A DNA stretch of 57,910 nucleotides from an uncultured bacterium (GTDB lineage: Bacteria; Zhuqueibacterota; QNDG01; DTFT01), in assembly GCA_963736115.1 (NCBI GenBank), contig CAVTNR010000015.1, forward strand, positions 1-57,910, in the 5' to 3' direction. The notes beneath the pieces are model-generated. The model was not told where the DNA came from, made no database searches, and saw nothing but the letters and a program-made list of their open reading frames with translations. This document shows positions 27,080 to 37,600 of this stretch, in pieces. The position numbers and the translations under genes are program-made. How positions within the stretch are numbered: position 1 is the first letter of the stretch; the number at the start of each line of letters is the position of its first letter.

Positions 27080-27460
27080 TCAGCCGCGGTCGGGACCGCT
27101 TTTCCCCAGCAGGTCGGACAGGGTGTCGGCCAGCAGATGGTCCGCCACGGGCTTGATCAAGGCCGGGCAGGATGCGGCCCGGGATTGCGGATTCTGATTG
27201 TGCATGTTTTCGAATGCGGTGACGAAAATCACAAGCGTGCCCGGACGCTCGAGTATTTGCTCCGCGGCCTCAACGCCGGTCATTTCACCATGCAGGCGGA
27301 TGTCCATCAGTGCGGCGTCGGGCTTGTGCTTTCGCGCTGCTTTCACCGCCGCTTCGCCCGAGGTCTCGTGCCCCACGACTGTGTACCCGAGATTCTTCAG
27401 GGTCTGTTCGAGATGCAGTGCCACGATGGCGTCGTCTTCGACGATCAGGATTCTGTGCAT
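27080..27460 (-). CDS. Single-domain response regulator
   Basis: ILIVEDD, LMDIRL, FVTA, LIKP. Confidence 0.88.
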   Translation of the reverse strand: MHRILIVEDDAIVALHLEQTLKNLGYTVVGHETSGEAAVKAARKHKPDAALMDIRLHGEMTGVEAAEQILERPGTLVIFVTAFENMHNQNPQSRAASCPALIKPVADHLLADTLSDLLGKSGPDRG

Positions 27461-27580
27461 GATGCCCTCCGATCAATCGATACACTTGGGACGCATCTTC
27501 GAGGTGCGTTGCAGTTTACAGCCATAAAACATAAAAGGCCGCTCAGGTTGAAACCGAATGGCCTTTTTAAAAAATGCGTG

Positions 27581-27654
27581 TGGGCGATACTGGAGTTGAA
27601 CCAGTGACCTCTGGTATGTGAGACCAGCGCTCTAACCAACTGAGCTAATCGCCC
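27581..27654 (-). tRNA. tRNA-Val(CAC)
   Basis: GGGCGAT/ATCGCCC acceptor stem, anticodon arm CTGGT-CTCACAT-ACCAG, GGTTCAACTCC; CCA not encoded; downstream hairpin at ~27533-27568. Confidence 0.93.
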
Positions 27655-27663
27655 GTTTACCAT

Positions 27664-27737
27664 GGTGGGCCTGCGGCCCACCCTACAACTATGTGAAACC
27701 CACCTTGGATCCCCGACAGAAGAACTCGGGGATGACA
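27664..27737 (-). repeat. Two REP-like palindromes upstream of tRNA-Val
   Basis: GTAGGGTGGGCCGCAGGCCCACC (27686-27664) and TGTCATCCCCGA..TCGGGGATCCA (27737-27706), the latter matching 20640-20671. Confidence 0.7.
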
Positions 27738-27764
27738 TTCATTGTTATTTTTTTATGGGATTCT

Positions 27765-28604
27765 TTAATTCTTGTTCAAATACTTCACCAGCGTGAGCCG
27801 GTTGCCCTGTTCCCCGCCCTGGTAGTACACCTCATCCACGGATCGTTCAACGATGTACCGGCCGAACCCCCCGCGACGCTTCTCGCGGAACGCCTCTTCC
27901 GCGTCGTACACGGGATTTTCGGAGAAGTCAAAACTGCGGCCCGTGTCGCCGAGCGTCACGAGAAACCGGTCGGCTTCCTTGACCACTTCGACGTACAGGG
28001 TTTCGTCCGGCGCGAATTCGTATCCGTGTTCGATGACATTCATGCCCGCCTCATACACCGCTATCTTGAGGCGGCTGACTTCGAGCTTCTCGAATCCGGC
28101 GCCCCAGGCGAGCGAGGTGACGAAATCCGTCAGTTTATTCAGCGCGTCGAGCGTGGCGCCGACCTGCAGTTTGTACGGCACGCCCTCCTCCACCGCGACG
28201 AACTTCCCCTCCCTGTCCAGTGATTCCGCAGGAGCCTGCGTCTCCTCGAGTCCGGGAGCGGGTTCCTCGTCGAAGGAAAGGAAGGTGACCGGAGAGAACA
28301 GGGAGACGTGATTCTTGGTGTTCAGGGACATGTTCAGCAGTTGAATGTCCCCGTTCAGCCGCCTCGCTTCAACGGTCCGCTGAATCAGGAACGCGATGAA
28401 ACTCGCGTTCGGAAATTCCACGTTCTGCATGTCAAAGAGCACCCGCGTCACGCCTTTCCGGAACAGCTCGTCGAACAGCTTCTGAAGCGGCTCGATCGCC
28501 CGGTTCGGATCGGCGCCTTCCCCCAGACGGACACGGACCGTCCGAACGTCGACGAATTCCTTCGCCGCGATCATGGGTTCCTCGATGTGGACGGGGAAAG
28601 GCAT
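27765..28604 (-). CDS. STAS domain fused to an RsbW-like anti-sigma factor kinase
   Basis: VLFDMQNVEF..S..LI..R..NGDIQL (STAS); AVYEAGMNVIEHGY, DTGRSFD, GGFGRYIV, DEVYY..GNRLTLVK (HATPase_c_2). Confidence 0.82.
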   Translation of the reverse strand: MPFPVHIEEPMIAAKEFVDVRTVRVRLGEGADPNRAIEPLQKLFDELFRKGVTRVLFDMQNVEFPNASFIAFLIQRTVEARRLNGDIQLLNMSLNTKNHVSLFSPVTFLSFDEEPAPGLEETQAPAESLDREGKFVAVEEGVPYKLQVGATLDALNKLTDFVTSLAWGAGFEKLEVSRLKIAVYEAGMNVIEHGYEFAPDETLYVEVVKEADRFLVTLGDTGRSFDFSENPVYDAEEAFREKRRGGFGRYIVERSVDEVYYQGGEQGNRLTLVKYLNKN

Positions 28605-28663
28605 GTGGTATAAATATAACCGAAAATTCTTCGAATATCAACCGAATTTTATGCGATTGGTGC

Positions 28664-29536
28664 CTATAAAAATTTAACGCCTTCACCGCATCCGATGAGC
28701 CGTGTGCCGAGAACCACGGACGCTTTGGAGGAGTCGAGGGATACATCCGCGGGCCGCGGGGCCGCGGGCGGCGGTTCGTTCATCCGGCCCGGCCGGATCA
28801 GGTAAGGCGGCAATCCCCTTGCGGAAGCCGCGAGCAGGCCGAAATCGTACCGGCTGATCCGCTCGCCGCCGCCGAGATGCAGAATACCCGCGAAATCGGA
28901 TTCCGCCAGTTCCAGAAGCGCATCCGCCAGATTCTGCGCGAGAATGGGCGTTCGGAACTGGTCGGTAAAAAGGGTCACGGTCTCGCCTGCCGAAAGCCTG
29001 TTGATCATGGCATGCGAGAAGGAACGACCGCCGAAAGCGGGAATCCCGTAAATCAGCGCAGTCCTCGCGCATACCGCGGTCGGGCATTCCGCGGCCACGG
29101 CCTGCTCGGCCGCGACTTTGGTTTCGCCGTATCCGTTCACGGGTCCGGTCGCGTCCGTCTCGCGATACAGGCCCCGGGTGCCGTCGAACACCATGTCCGT
29201 GGAAACGAACACCATCCGGCATCCGGTTTTACGGCAGAGACCGGCGAGTCCGGCTGAAGCCTCCGTGTTGACAAGCCGAGCCTCATCCGGTCTTGCCTGA
29301 CACCGGTCGATATCGCTCAGTGCAGCCGCATGAATGAGACTGCGCGGTCCAACGAATGCAAAAGCCCGGGCTGTTTCCCCGGAATCCGTCAGATCGGCTT
29401 TGATCCAGTTGATGCCGGGCGCATCCACGGCCCGGCCGCGGTGAATCGCGTATACGTCCCAATCCGGCCGGGCCTTGCGCAGGAGGTGGCCGCCGAGAAA
29501 ACCCGTTCCGCCAGTGATGAGAATACGCTTTGTCAT
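28664..29536 (-). CDS. dTDP-4-dehydrorhamnose reductase-like SDR
   Basis: ITGGTGFLG, HAAA, VSTDMVFDG, YGETK, DQFRTP, RPADVSLD. Confidence 0.88.
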   Translation of the reverse strand: MTKRILITGGTGFLGGHLLRKARPDWDVYAIHRGRAVDAPGINWIKADLTDSGETARAFAFVGPRSLIHAAALSDIDRCQARPDEARLVNTEASAGLAGLCRKTGCRMVFVSTDMVFDGTRGLYRETDATGPVNGYGETKVAAEQAVAAECPTAVCARTALIYGIPAFGGRSFSHAMINRLSAGETVTLFTDQFRTPILAQNLADALLELAESDFAGILHLGGGERISRYDFGLLAASARGLPPYLIRPGRMNEPPPAAPRPADVSLDSSKASVVLGTRLIGCGEGVKFL

Positions 29537-29900
29537 GAATGGTAAAATAGGGCGTGAAAGAAAAAGAAACAAGGGATTTGATTGGAAACGGCTGTTTCCG
29601 ATTCATAACGCTCCGGGAGGTTACCAACCTTCCCGATGCGCGGGACCAATCGTTACTTTGGTCTCAATATTGAAGGCCCGAAGCGTCTCTATCCCGAACA
29701 AATTTAAAACAAATAGTTTCAATCATTTGCATTCCGCATCTCAAATTCATCCCTTAATCCTACTCTTCAAGCTGGATCCGGACCGCAATCGAACGGACCA
29801 AAAACCACTGTTAATTCATGTATTTATCCTCATTTTTCTTCTTGACATTTGGCCATTAAATCGTATATTTTATGGATTATTCCTTTTCAGGACTGAACTC

Positions 29901-31757
29901 ATGAGAAAAAAAATCAGAACCAATTCCAAGTTCGCGTTGTTCGGCCCCCTGATTCAGGAGGCTGTATTTTTTATTTTCTTCTTCCTGATTCTGTGGTTCC
30001 GTATCCGCCCCACGCTCAGCCTTGAATCTCAACAGCCGATTTTTTTCAGCGGCTGGACCTTTCTGTCCGAACATCTCGCGTTTCCGGGCGGATTGATGGA
30101 CTGGCTCAGCGCATGGCTGATGCGGGGATGGTCCTCGGATTGGCTGGCCGGCCTGGAAATCACGGCCGTGGTCTGGACCGGCACGCTCCTTCTCCGCAGA
30201 TGGATCGAACACCTGACCGGGTTTTGGTCCGTGCATACGGTTCACCTGATACCCGCCGCGCTATTCCTGGCCGCCCACACCCGTTACGAGATGCCCTTCA
30301 GCCTGACCCTCGGCTGGGCATGCGCCTGCCTTCTGCTGTTCACTTTCCGCTACGAATCCCCGCGCGTCCCCTGGATACGGATTCCGGCCATGCTCGGCTG
30401 GTTCATCCTGTGCTTCTGGCTGGCAGGCGGGGCCGCTCTGTCGGCTGGTGTCGCTCTGGCTCTGGCCCAGGGCCTGGTGCGGGGAAAACGCTGGGAGGGC
30501 CTGACCCTCCTGACCGCATCCGCCGGAATTCCATTGATCGCATATCTGTTCGCGGACTGGAGCCCGCTGAAACAGGCCTTTCTGCACGGCTTGCCGTTCG
30601 AGAATCCGGCCATCCCGCTCCACGCCGCTTACGGCATTCCCCTGTTCTTCGCCGCCGCAGGATTGACGGTCTGGTTCACGACCCTGCCCGTTCTGCAGAA
30701 GCCGATCAACCGTTTCAACGAATGGTCGATACCGCTGAAGTGGGCCGCAGGGACCGTGGTGATCCTCGCCGCCGCGTTTCTTCTGCACGCCGGCGCGGTC
30801 AGTCGTTTCACCAGGACCGTGCTCGCCGTAAATCTCGAAGCGCGGCGCGAAGCCTGGCCGTCTGTTCTGGCCCGGGCTTCCCGGGCGCCGGGATGGGATC
30901 CCATCCTGTCAGTTCAGGTGAACCGGGCGCTCCAGGCTGAGGGCCGGCTTCTGGATGAAATGTTCGCCTGGCCCCAGAAGGACGGGGACAACGGGCTGAT
31001 TCCCGCCAATTCGCTGTGCAAAGCCTGGCCCGAGGAAACAGCCCGGTTGTTTTTCAACCTGGGGCTGATCGGAGAGGCCCAGCACTGGGCGCACGAGGCC
31101 ATGACGCTCCGGGGCCCCACGCCGGACATCCTGCATCTGCTCGGAACGATTTACATGCTGAAAGGCGACTCGGCCGCGGCCTGCCGCTTTATCGCGAATC
31201 TCGCGAAAACGCCCGGCGGCCGTAAATCCGCCGCGGATCTCGACCTATGCAACCGCGATCCCGCGGAACGGGACGGCCGTCCCCGCCATCGCCGTATTCT
31301 GGACGCCATGCCGGAAAAGGATTTCATTTCCGTCGGCAGGCCCTCTGAAACGGATCTGCGTCGCCTGCTGGAACGCAATCCTGAAAACCGGATCGCGTCC
31401 GACTACCGGGCCGCATTGGCTCTGGTCGAAGGCGATCACCGCAGGGTCTGGGAAACTCTCGACTCCGGCAGGCGGCCCCCGGGATGGGAAGGCCGGACCC
31501 CGCGCCACGTTCAGGAGGCGGTCCTGTTCCATGCGGCGGTCACTCCGGATTTCGATGCCCGCCTTCTCCAGCCGTGGATTGACGGCGAGACCGCGCTCCG
31601 TTTCAGGCGGTTCGAGGAAACGTTCAAACGGGCAGGGAACAACCGCAGCCTGGCCGAATCCGCTGTTCGTGATGCGTTCAGGGGCACGTACTGGGTATAC
31701 CGGATGTTCGACAGGCCGGCGACAAGGCCGGCGGAGGGCCCCGATGACTTCCAGTAA
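29901..31757 (+). CDS. Multi-pass membrane protein with TPR-like C-terminus (DUF6057-like)
   Basis: Q.P.F....FL..L..PGGL..W, many TM helices, LNLG..EAQHWAHE, RHVQEA, TYW.Y.F; TTGACA promoter at 29842. Confidence 0.7.
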   Translation: MRKKIRTNSKFALFGPLIQEAVFFIFFFLILWFRIRPTLSLESQQPIFFSGWTFLSEHLAFPGGLMDWLSAWLMRGWSSDWLAGLEITAVVWTGTLLLRRWIEHLTGFWSVHTVHLIPAALFLAAHTRYEMPFSLTLGWACACLLLFTFRYESPRVPWIRIPAMLGWFILCFWLAGGAALSAGVALALAQGLVRGKRWEGLTLLTASAGIPLIAYLFADWSPLKQAFLHGLPFENPAIPLHAAYGIPLFFAAAGLTVWFTTLPVLQKPINRFNEWSIPLKWAAGTVVILAAAFLLHAGAVSRFTRTVLAVNLEARREAWPSVLARASRAPGWDPILSVQVNRALQAEGRLLDEMFAWPQKDGDNGLIPANSLCKAWPEETARLFFNLGLIGEAQHWAHEAMTLRGPTPDILHLLGTIYMLKGDSAAACRFIANLAKTPGGRKSAADLDLCNRDPAERDGRPRHRRILDAMPEKDFISVGRPSETDLRRLLERNPENRIASDYRAALALVEGDHRRVWETLDSGRRPPGWEGRTPRHVQEAVLFHAAVTPDFDARLLQPWIDGETALRFRRFEETFKRAGNNRSLAESAVRDAFRGTYWVYRMFDRPATRPAEGPDDFQ

Positions 31758-33270
31758 AAACATCCGTTCCGGAGCTGTTCGAACCGCACTTCTGATTCTG
31801 ATCGCGGCCGCATGCTCGGCTCCGCCGGACCGCCCCTTCAAGGCCGTTTCAGCCGGCCGGGCTCCGAAGATAACGCCCGATTACGCATCCATCGTGATTC
31901 CGCCGAACTTCGCGCCACTCAATTTCTCAGTGGAAGAAGGCGGAGAAGGCGCTGTCGCCGTATTCAGGGCTTCGGGAGGCGATTCAGTCACGGTGCGGAG
32001 CCGCTCCTCGATCATCCGCATCCCGGATAAACGCTGGAAGCGCCTGCTGGCCTCCGCGGCAGGCGGAAGCCTGGAAATCGACGTCTTCGTTCGGCAGGAA
32101 TCCGGGACCTGGACCCGGTTCGAGACGATCACGAACACCGTGTCGGCAGACTCCATTGACGGCTTTCTCACGTATCGCAGGCTCGGCCCCCTGTACAACC
32201 TGTGGACCCGCATGGGCATATACCAGCGGAACCTCGATAATTTCGAGGAAAAGATTGTGCTGAACAGCCGGCTCGCGGCCGACGCCTGCATGAACTGCCA
32301 CACCTTTTACCGGGGCGGAACGGACCGCTGGCTGCTCCACCTCAGGGGCGGGCCCGGCACGTCCATGCTTCTGACCGTGGACGGGCGGACGCGGCGCGTG
32401 GATACGCGCAGTGCGCTGAACCGGGCGCCGGCCGCCTATTCCGCATGGCACCCGTCCGGGGAAATGATCGCGTTCTCGGTCAGCCAGCTCCTGCTGTTTT
32501 TCCACGCCACGGGCGAGAACCGGGACGTGCTGGACCGCGGTTCGGACATCCTTATCTATGACATCCCGACGAACACGGTGAGCACCACGACCGCGCTCGC
32601 GGACACGAACCGCATGGAGATCTGGCCGGCCTGGTCGCCGGACGGCCGCACGCTCTATTACTGCAGTGCGCCCCGTCTCGAGACTTTCGTCAACCCTCCG
32701 GGTTCCGAAGAGCCGTTCGCGTACGACCGCATACGGTACGATTTGATGCGCATTGCGTACGATCCGGAATCCGGCGCATGGGGGAAACCCGAAACCGTCC
32801 TGTCCGCGGCGGACGCGGACGCCAGCGTGCTCGAGCCCCGGGTTTCGCCGGACGGCCGGTTCATTCTCGTGACCGTATCCGCGTACAGCCAGTTTCCCGT
32901 TTATCTGCAGAGCGCGGACCTGGCCCTCGTCGACGGCCGAACCGGACAGTGGCGGCGGCTCAGCGAAGCCAACAGCAACCGGGCCGACGCGTTTCACTCC
33001 TGGTCTTCGAACGGACGCTGGATCGTGTTCGCCAGCAAGCGGACGGACGGACTGTTCGCCAGGCCGTATTTCAGTCACATCGATGAAAAAGGCGCCGCAT
33101 CCAGGCCTTTCGTCCTCCCCCAGGAGAATCCGCTTTTTTACGCGACCTTCCTGGAAAACTACAATGCGCCCGAATTGTCAACCGAGGCCATCACCGTCTC
33201 CCCCCGCGCACTCAGCCGCGCGGCCTTTGACGACAAGTCCGCCATTATCGCGAAACCCGTCCGGCCATGA
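31744..33270 (+). CDS. TolB-like/PD40 repeat lipoprotein with CxxCH motif
   Basis: Lipobox LIAAAC, PKITPDY..IPPNFAPLNF, CMNCH, PAWSPDGR, PRVSPDGR, HSWSSNGRW..FASKR.DG. Confidence 0.8.
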   Translation: MTSSKNIRSGAVRTALLILIAAACSAPPDRPFKAVSAGRAPKITPDYASIVIPPNFAPLNFSVEEGGEGAVAVFRASGGDSVTVRSRSSIIRIPDKRWKRLLASAAGGSLEIDVFVRQESGTWTRFETITNTVSADSIDGFLTYRRLGPLYNLWTRMGIYQRNLDNFEEKIVLNSRLAADACMNCHTFYRGGTDRWLLHLRGGPGTSMLLTVDGRTRRVDTRSALNRAPAAYSAWHPSGEMIAFSVSQLLLFFHATGENRDVLDRGSDILIYDIPTNTVSTTTALADTNRMEIWPAWSPDGRTLYYCSAPRLETFVNPPGSEEPFAYDRIRYDLMRIAYDPESGAWGKPETVLSAADADASVLEPRVSPDGRFILVTVSAYSQFPVYLQSADLALVDGRTGQWRRLSEANSNRADAFHSWSSNGRWIVFASKRTDGLFARPYFSHIDEKGAASRPFVLPQENPLFYATFLENYNAPELSTEAITVSPRALSRAAFDDKSAIIAKPVRP

Positions 33271-33328
33271 GCCCCGGCCGCGCCGAAGCGCGGACCGGCC
33301 GATCCTGAACTGAAGAACGGAAAACCCA

Positions 33329-34522
33329 ATGGTCAAACGCACCGTCGAACTGCATCCCTCGTTCAAGCTTTTCACCACAACGGTCAACGGCCGCCAGCTT
33401 TACTGCACGGCCTCGTTCACGGATCCGGCGGGCGATCCGGCGCTTTCGGCTTCCCGGCTGTACGGCCGCGTTTCCGAGATACTCGCTGAATCGTCCATGG
33501 AAATCGTGCACGAACGCCTGTTCGGCGACCTTGCCGCCAGGGAAACCGTGATGAAAGCCAGGACCCACGCTGAGTCCGGCGCGGACTGGCCCGTCACCTA
33601 CATCCAGGGGCTCTCCTGCTCGGGCGCGCCCTTCACCGGCGTCCAGATCCGGGCCGTCCGCCCCCTGGCCGAGGGCGACCGGGTCTGGACCGCGTACGAC
33701 GAAGGCCGGCCCGTGGGCCGCGCCTGGAAGCGCAACGGCGCCTCATTCATCATCATGCAGGATTGTCATGGGCTGAACGGCGTCGGCTCCCCCGGTCCTT
33801 CGGACAGGATGGCGCAGACGGACCGCATGTTCCGCAGGGCCGAGCGCATCCTGAAGGACGAGGGATTCTCCTACCCGGACGTGGTCCGCACGTGGATCTA
33901 CATCGCCGGCATACTCGACTGGTACGGAGATTTCAACAGGGCCCGGAACGCCTGTTACGCGGACTTCGGATTTCTCGGCGCCAGGCGCGAGGACGGAAAG
34001 CCGGCTGAAACGCTGTACCTGCCTGCCAGCACGGGCATCGAGGGCCGGAATCCCGCCGGCGCGGCCGCAACCATGGACATTTTCGCGGTTCGGCGCACCG
34101 AGGGAAGCCCGGTCCGCATCCGCCACATCACCGGAAGTCAGCAGAAATCCCCCTACCGGTACGGATCGGCCTTTTCGCGCGCGGTAGTGGTCGATGAGGA
34201 GGAGGGCAAACTGATCCTGGTTTCCGGCACGGCCTCCATCGACGACGCGGGCCGCAGCGTGCACCTCGGGGACGTTCGGGCCCAGATCGAACAGACGTTG
34301 GAAGTGATCTCCGCCCTGATCGCCCCGGAAGGCGCGACACTGGCGGACCTGTGCGAGGCCACCGTATTCCTCAAGCGCAAAGAGGACCTTCCCGTGTACC
34401 TTGCCATCGCTGAAAACCGGGGGCTTACTTCCGTGCCATCGGTGAATGTCGTGGCCGACGTGTGCCGCGATGATCTGCTCTTCGAGCTCGACGCGGCTTT
34501 TGTGGTGGGAAAAGCGGGCTGA
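33329..34522 (+). CDS. Rid/YjgF superfamily two-domain protein
   Basis: DVVRTWIY..Y..FN.AR, PASTGIEG, AFSRA, VSGTASID, ADVCRDDLLFELD. Confidence 0.8.
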   Translation: MVKRTVELHPSFKLFTTTVNGRQLYCTASFTDPAGDPALSASRLYGRVSEILAESSMEIVHERLFGDLAARETVMKARTHAESGADWPVTYIQGLSCSGAPFTGVQIRAVRPLAEGDRVWTAYDEGRPVGRAWKRNGASFIIMQDCHGLNGVGSPGPSDRMAQTDRMFRRAERILKDEGFSYPDVVRTWIYIAGILDWYGDFNRARNACYADFGFLGARREDGKPAETLYLPASTGIEGRNPAGAAATMDIFAVRRTEGSPVRIRHITGSQQKSPYRYGSAFSRAVVVDEEEGKLILVSGTASIDDAGRSVHLGDVRAQIEQTLEVISALIAPEGATLADLCEATVFLKRKEDLPVYLAIAENRGLTSVPSVNVVADVCRDDLLFELDAAFVVGKAG

Positions 34523-34525
34523 ATT

Positions 34526-34609
34526 ATTTGCGACGCACCTTAAAGGTGCGTCGCAAATGACTTGTCCAGAATTTAAAATGCGACGCGCCTTTAAGGTGCG
34601 TCGCATTTT
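34526..34609. repeat. REP-like palindrome doublet
   Basis: TGCGACGCACCTT-A-AAGGTGCGTCGCA twice with 50-bp period; degenerate copy at 13171-13203; between convergent genes. Confidence 0.75.
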
Positions 34610-34680
34610 TTTATCCTCAAGTGCCGGGGACCTCGTTTTTCTCCGGGAGCCGCGGCCCCCAGGCCGCGTGGCAGTTATTA

Positions 34681-37600
34681 CTATTCCCGGTTGATGATGC
34701 CCAGCTTCAGCACCCTTTTACCGAACGCGGTCTCGACGATGGCCAGGTACATGGCGCTCCCCACGGGGAGCCCGTTCTCCGTCCGCAAATCCCAGCGCTC
34801 GAAAGGCGTGCCGTTGTCGTGCCTCAATACGCGGAACTGGCGGCCGGACAGCGTGAATATCCGTATCGTGCATTTTTCCGGCAGGTTACTGAACGTCACG
34901 AACTGCGGGGATTCCGCGGTTTCATCGCCGTGGGTCCCGAAATAGGGATTCGGAAACACGTTGATCTCGTCGAGCCGATTCCGGGCGACCGCCGCGGACT
35001 GTTCCTTCGACAGATCGGCCGCACTGAAGGCGAACTTGACGCCCTCACGGTTCGGCTTGCCGGTGAGAAGACGGATCACGGTACCCGGAAGCGGAGGAAC
35101 GCCGTTGTCGTCATAATCGCAGATCATGAACCGTCCGATCGGATAGACGAACCCGCCGTGAAAATCGGCGTAATAACCTTCGGCACTGCCGTCCGTCGCA
35201 TAGGGGTAGATGTTGCCCGCACCGGTCGCGGCGCACACGGCCGCGAACCGGGTGTATCCGTCCGTGCCCTCCGGATCCATCCAGTAAATCCAGTCGGACC
35301 CGCGGGATCCCATCACATAATCCGTATCCGCTGTCATGGACCAGGCGGATCGAGTCTCACTGTTTAAATTGCCCAGGAAGGGAATCATCCGCTTGTCGTC
35401 CGAAGGATCGTCCGGGGTGTCGACACCGATGTCCCAGAGCTCGAACGGCGTGGTCGCAACCCTGTCATCGTCCTGCGCGAATACGCCCCATCCGCCCGCT
35501 TCCGTGAACCGGATCTCGAAGTCGCGCGGAACCGCGTAATCGATCCACCGCGTCAGCCGGCTCATTCCGCCGTCTCCCCCGCCGCCGCTGATGTAGTGCC
35601 GGTCCCCGAATCCGGACGGGTTCAGGGCGTGCCAGACATTGTCACCCCCGAACGGCGCTCCGGCCGCGTCCCACCGGTCCTGCGGCAGGGGGCCCCATTC
35701 ATTGGCCGTTTCGATAATGGCCTTGAATGTGAGGTCCGCGCCCGTCACCCTGACCTTGAGACCGTCCACGATCGGGAAGCTCTCGTCGTCGGCTCCGGAG
35801 GCTTCATGCTGGTTTTGCAGAACCACGCGGCCCGTGGTTTGATCCGTCAGATGCCAGACGGTCCGGGTGTTCCGCGGGCTGTACGAATCTTCGACTTCGG
35901 AGAATGTCACTTCATAGTCATGCCCGGTGATGGCCGCGGGATCCATGACCGTGACAATGCATGTCCCGTCGCTGACGCCGGCTGTGAGCGGCGCCGGAAT
36001 CGTGTCGAGAATGGAGGCGCGGTATCGGGTGTCCATCACGGGTCTCTGCGGAACGGCCGCGAATCCGGCCGGAAAGGACTCGAGCGTTTTCGGCACACCG
36101 GCCGGGTTGTAACCGTATCCGGTGACCGCGAACCAGTAGGTCCGTCCATTGGCCAGCGGGTTGCCGGTCAGGTAGTCCTTTTCGACGGAGAAATGATACC
36201 GGAGGCCGGTGTCCTCGCCGAACTGAACCGGCAGGTTCGACACGATCGCGAATTCCTCCAGAAAGATGTCATCACGGATCATGGTGATCCGGTTTTTCCT
36301 GTCGAATGTGGCCGCCCGGGTCCAGGGGCCGGATTGCGAGGCTCCCTGCCAGACATTGTATCCCTCGAACTCATAACCCTTGTCCGAGTATTCGGAACCG
36401 GCCTGGTCCCAGACGAGCATGAGGCTTCCGTCATCCTGCGCCACGGAGACCTGCGGCGCCGGAGGCGGAGAAGCCAGTTCAAAATTATTGTCGTACGCGT
36501 CCTGGGCCCGCGCGTCGTTGTATTTCATGACCGAGATCGAGGACAGATTGTCCTTACCCGGGCCCACGACGAGGCCGACGACGACTTCCTGCGAACCGCC
36601 GGGCTCCAGCGTGAAAGGACCTGACCCGAGGCCCATCCGCATGTCCTTGGGTGAGGCGATGGAACTCATCAGCCATCCGGTGTCCAGTACCGGGTCTCCG
36701 TTGAACGGGAACGGGGTTTCTTCCCCCGTGATCGGGTTGATCCAGGGCTCGCCGTTCGCGCGATGACCGGTGACGAAGTAATAGGCTTCATACGCTCCCT
36801 GTGGATCCTGCATGCTGGGGTCGGTCATTCCGATGATCGGCGATCCGCTGATATACGTAAAAAAGGAGGTCATGCCGAGGATTTTTTTATCCGGGAGCGT
36901 GGTTCCATCCGGCAGTACGGCGGACATACCAGGCGCGTCCACGATCGGGCCCTGGAGAAAATCGCATCCCAGGGACGGAATCTCCGTTCCGTACCGATCA
37001 TCGAAGTTATCCCCGTTGAACGCGTACCCGAGGTCCAGATCCGTGTCGCACCCGACGTAATCGTCATTGCCGTTCCCGACATCCGGATCGAAAAACATTG
37101 CCGCGAACGCACGGTCGAGCGTTTTCGCGCTTTTGTTCGTCAATTTGTACTTCAGGAAAAGCGTGTTCTCCAGCGCGCCGGGGCGGTTGAATCCGAAGGC
37201 CGTCAGCGAGACTTCGAGACCGATCGGCGTTTTCCGGAACACGGCTGCGTGATCCGTCATGTCGTTGAACACGCAAAACATCATTTTGTCGCCGAGCACT
37301 TCGGCCGGGCATCCCTGGTCGAGGGCCGCCTGATCGACCGCGTCGCCCCTGTTGTACGTGTAAATCCCGTACTCGGTCCTGGCGGCGTCGTCCGGACTTC
37401 CGTCGGGAAGGATGATGCCGGGTTGGTACTCGGTGGCATAGACCGCGCACGCGGTACGGACGTCTCCATTTACCATCCCCAGAACCCAGAGGCCTCCGGT
37501 GAAGAGCATCGAGGTCAGACGCTGGCCCGCGGGATAGAAAAAGCCGTCGCCGCCGCTCGCGGGATTCTCCCCGATCTTACCGTTGTTTTGAATGTAACAT

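Noticed and set aside
34526-34609. Mini CRISPR array
   Set aside because: Only two units, each a full palindrome with a ~16-bp gap, and no cas genes.
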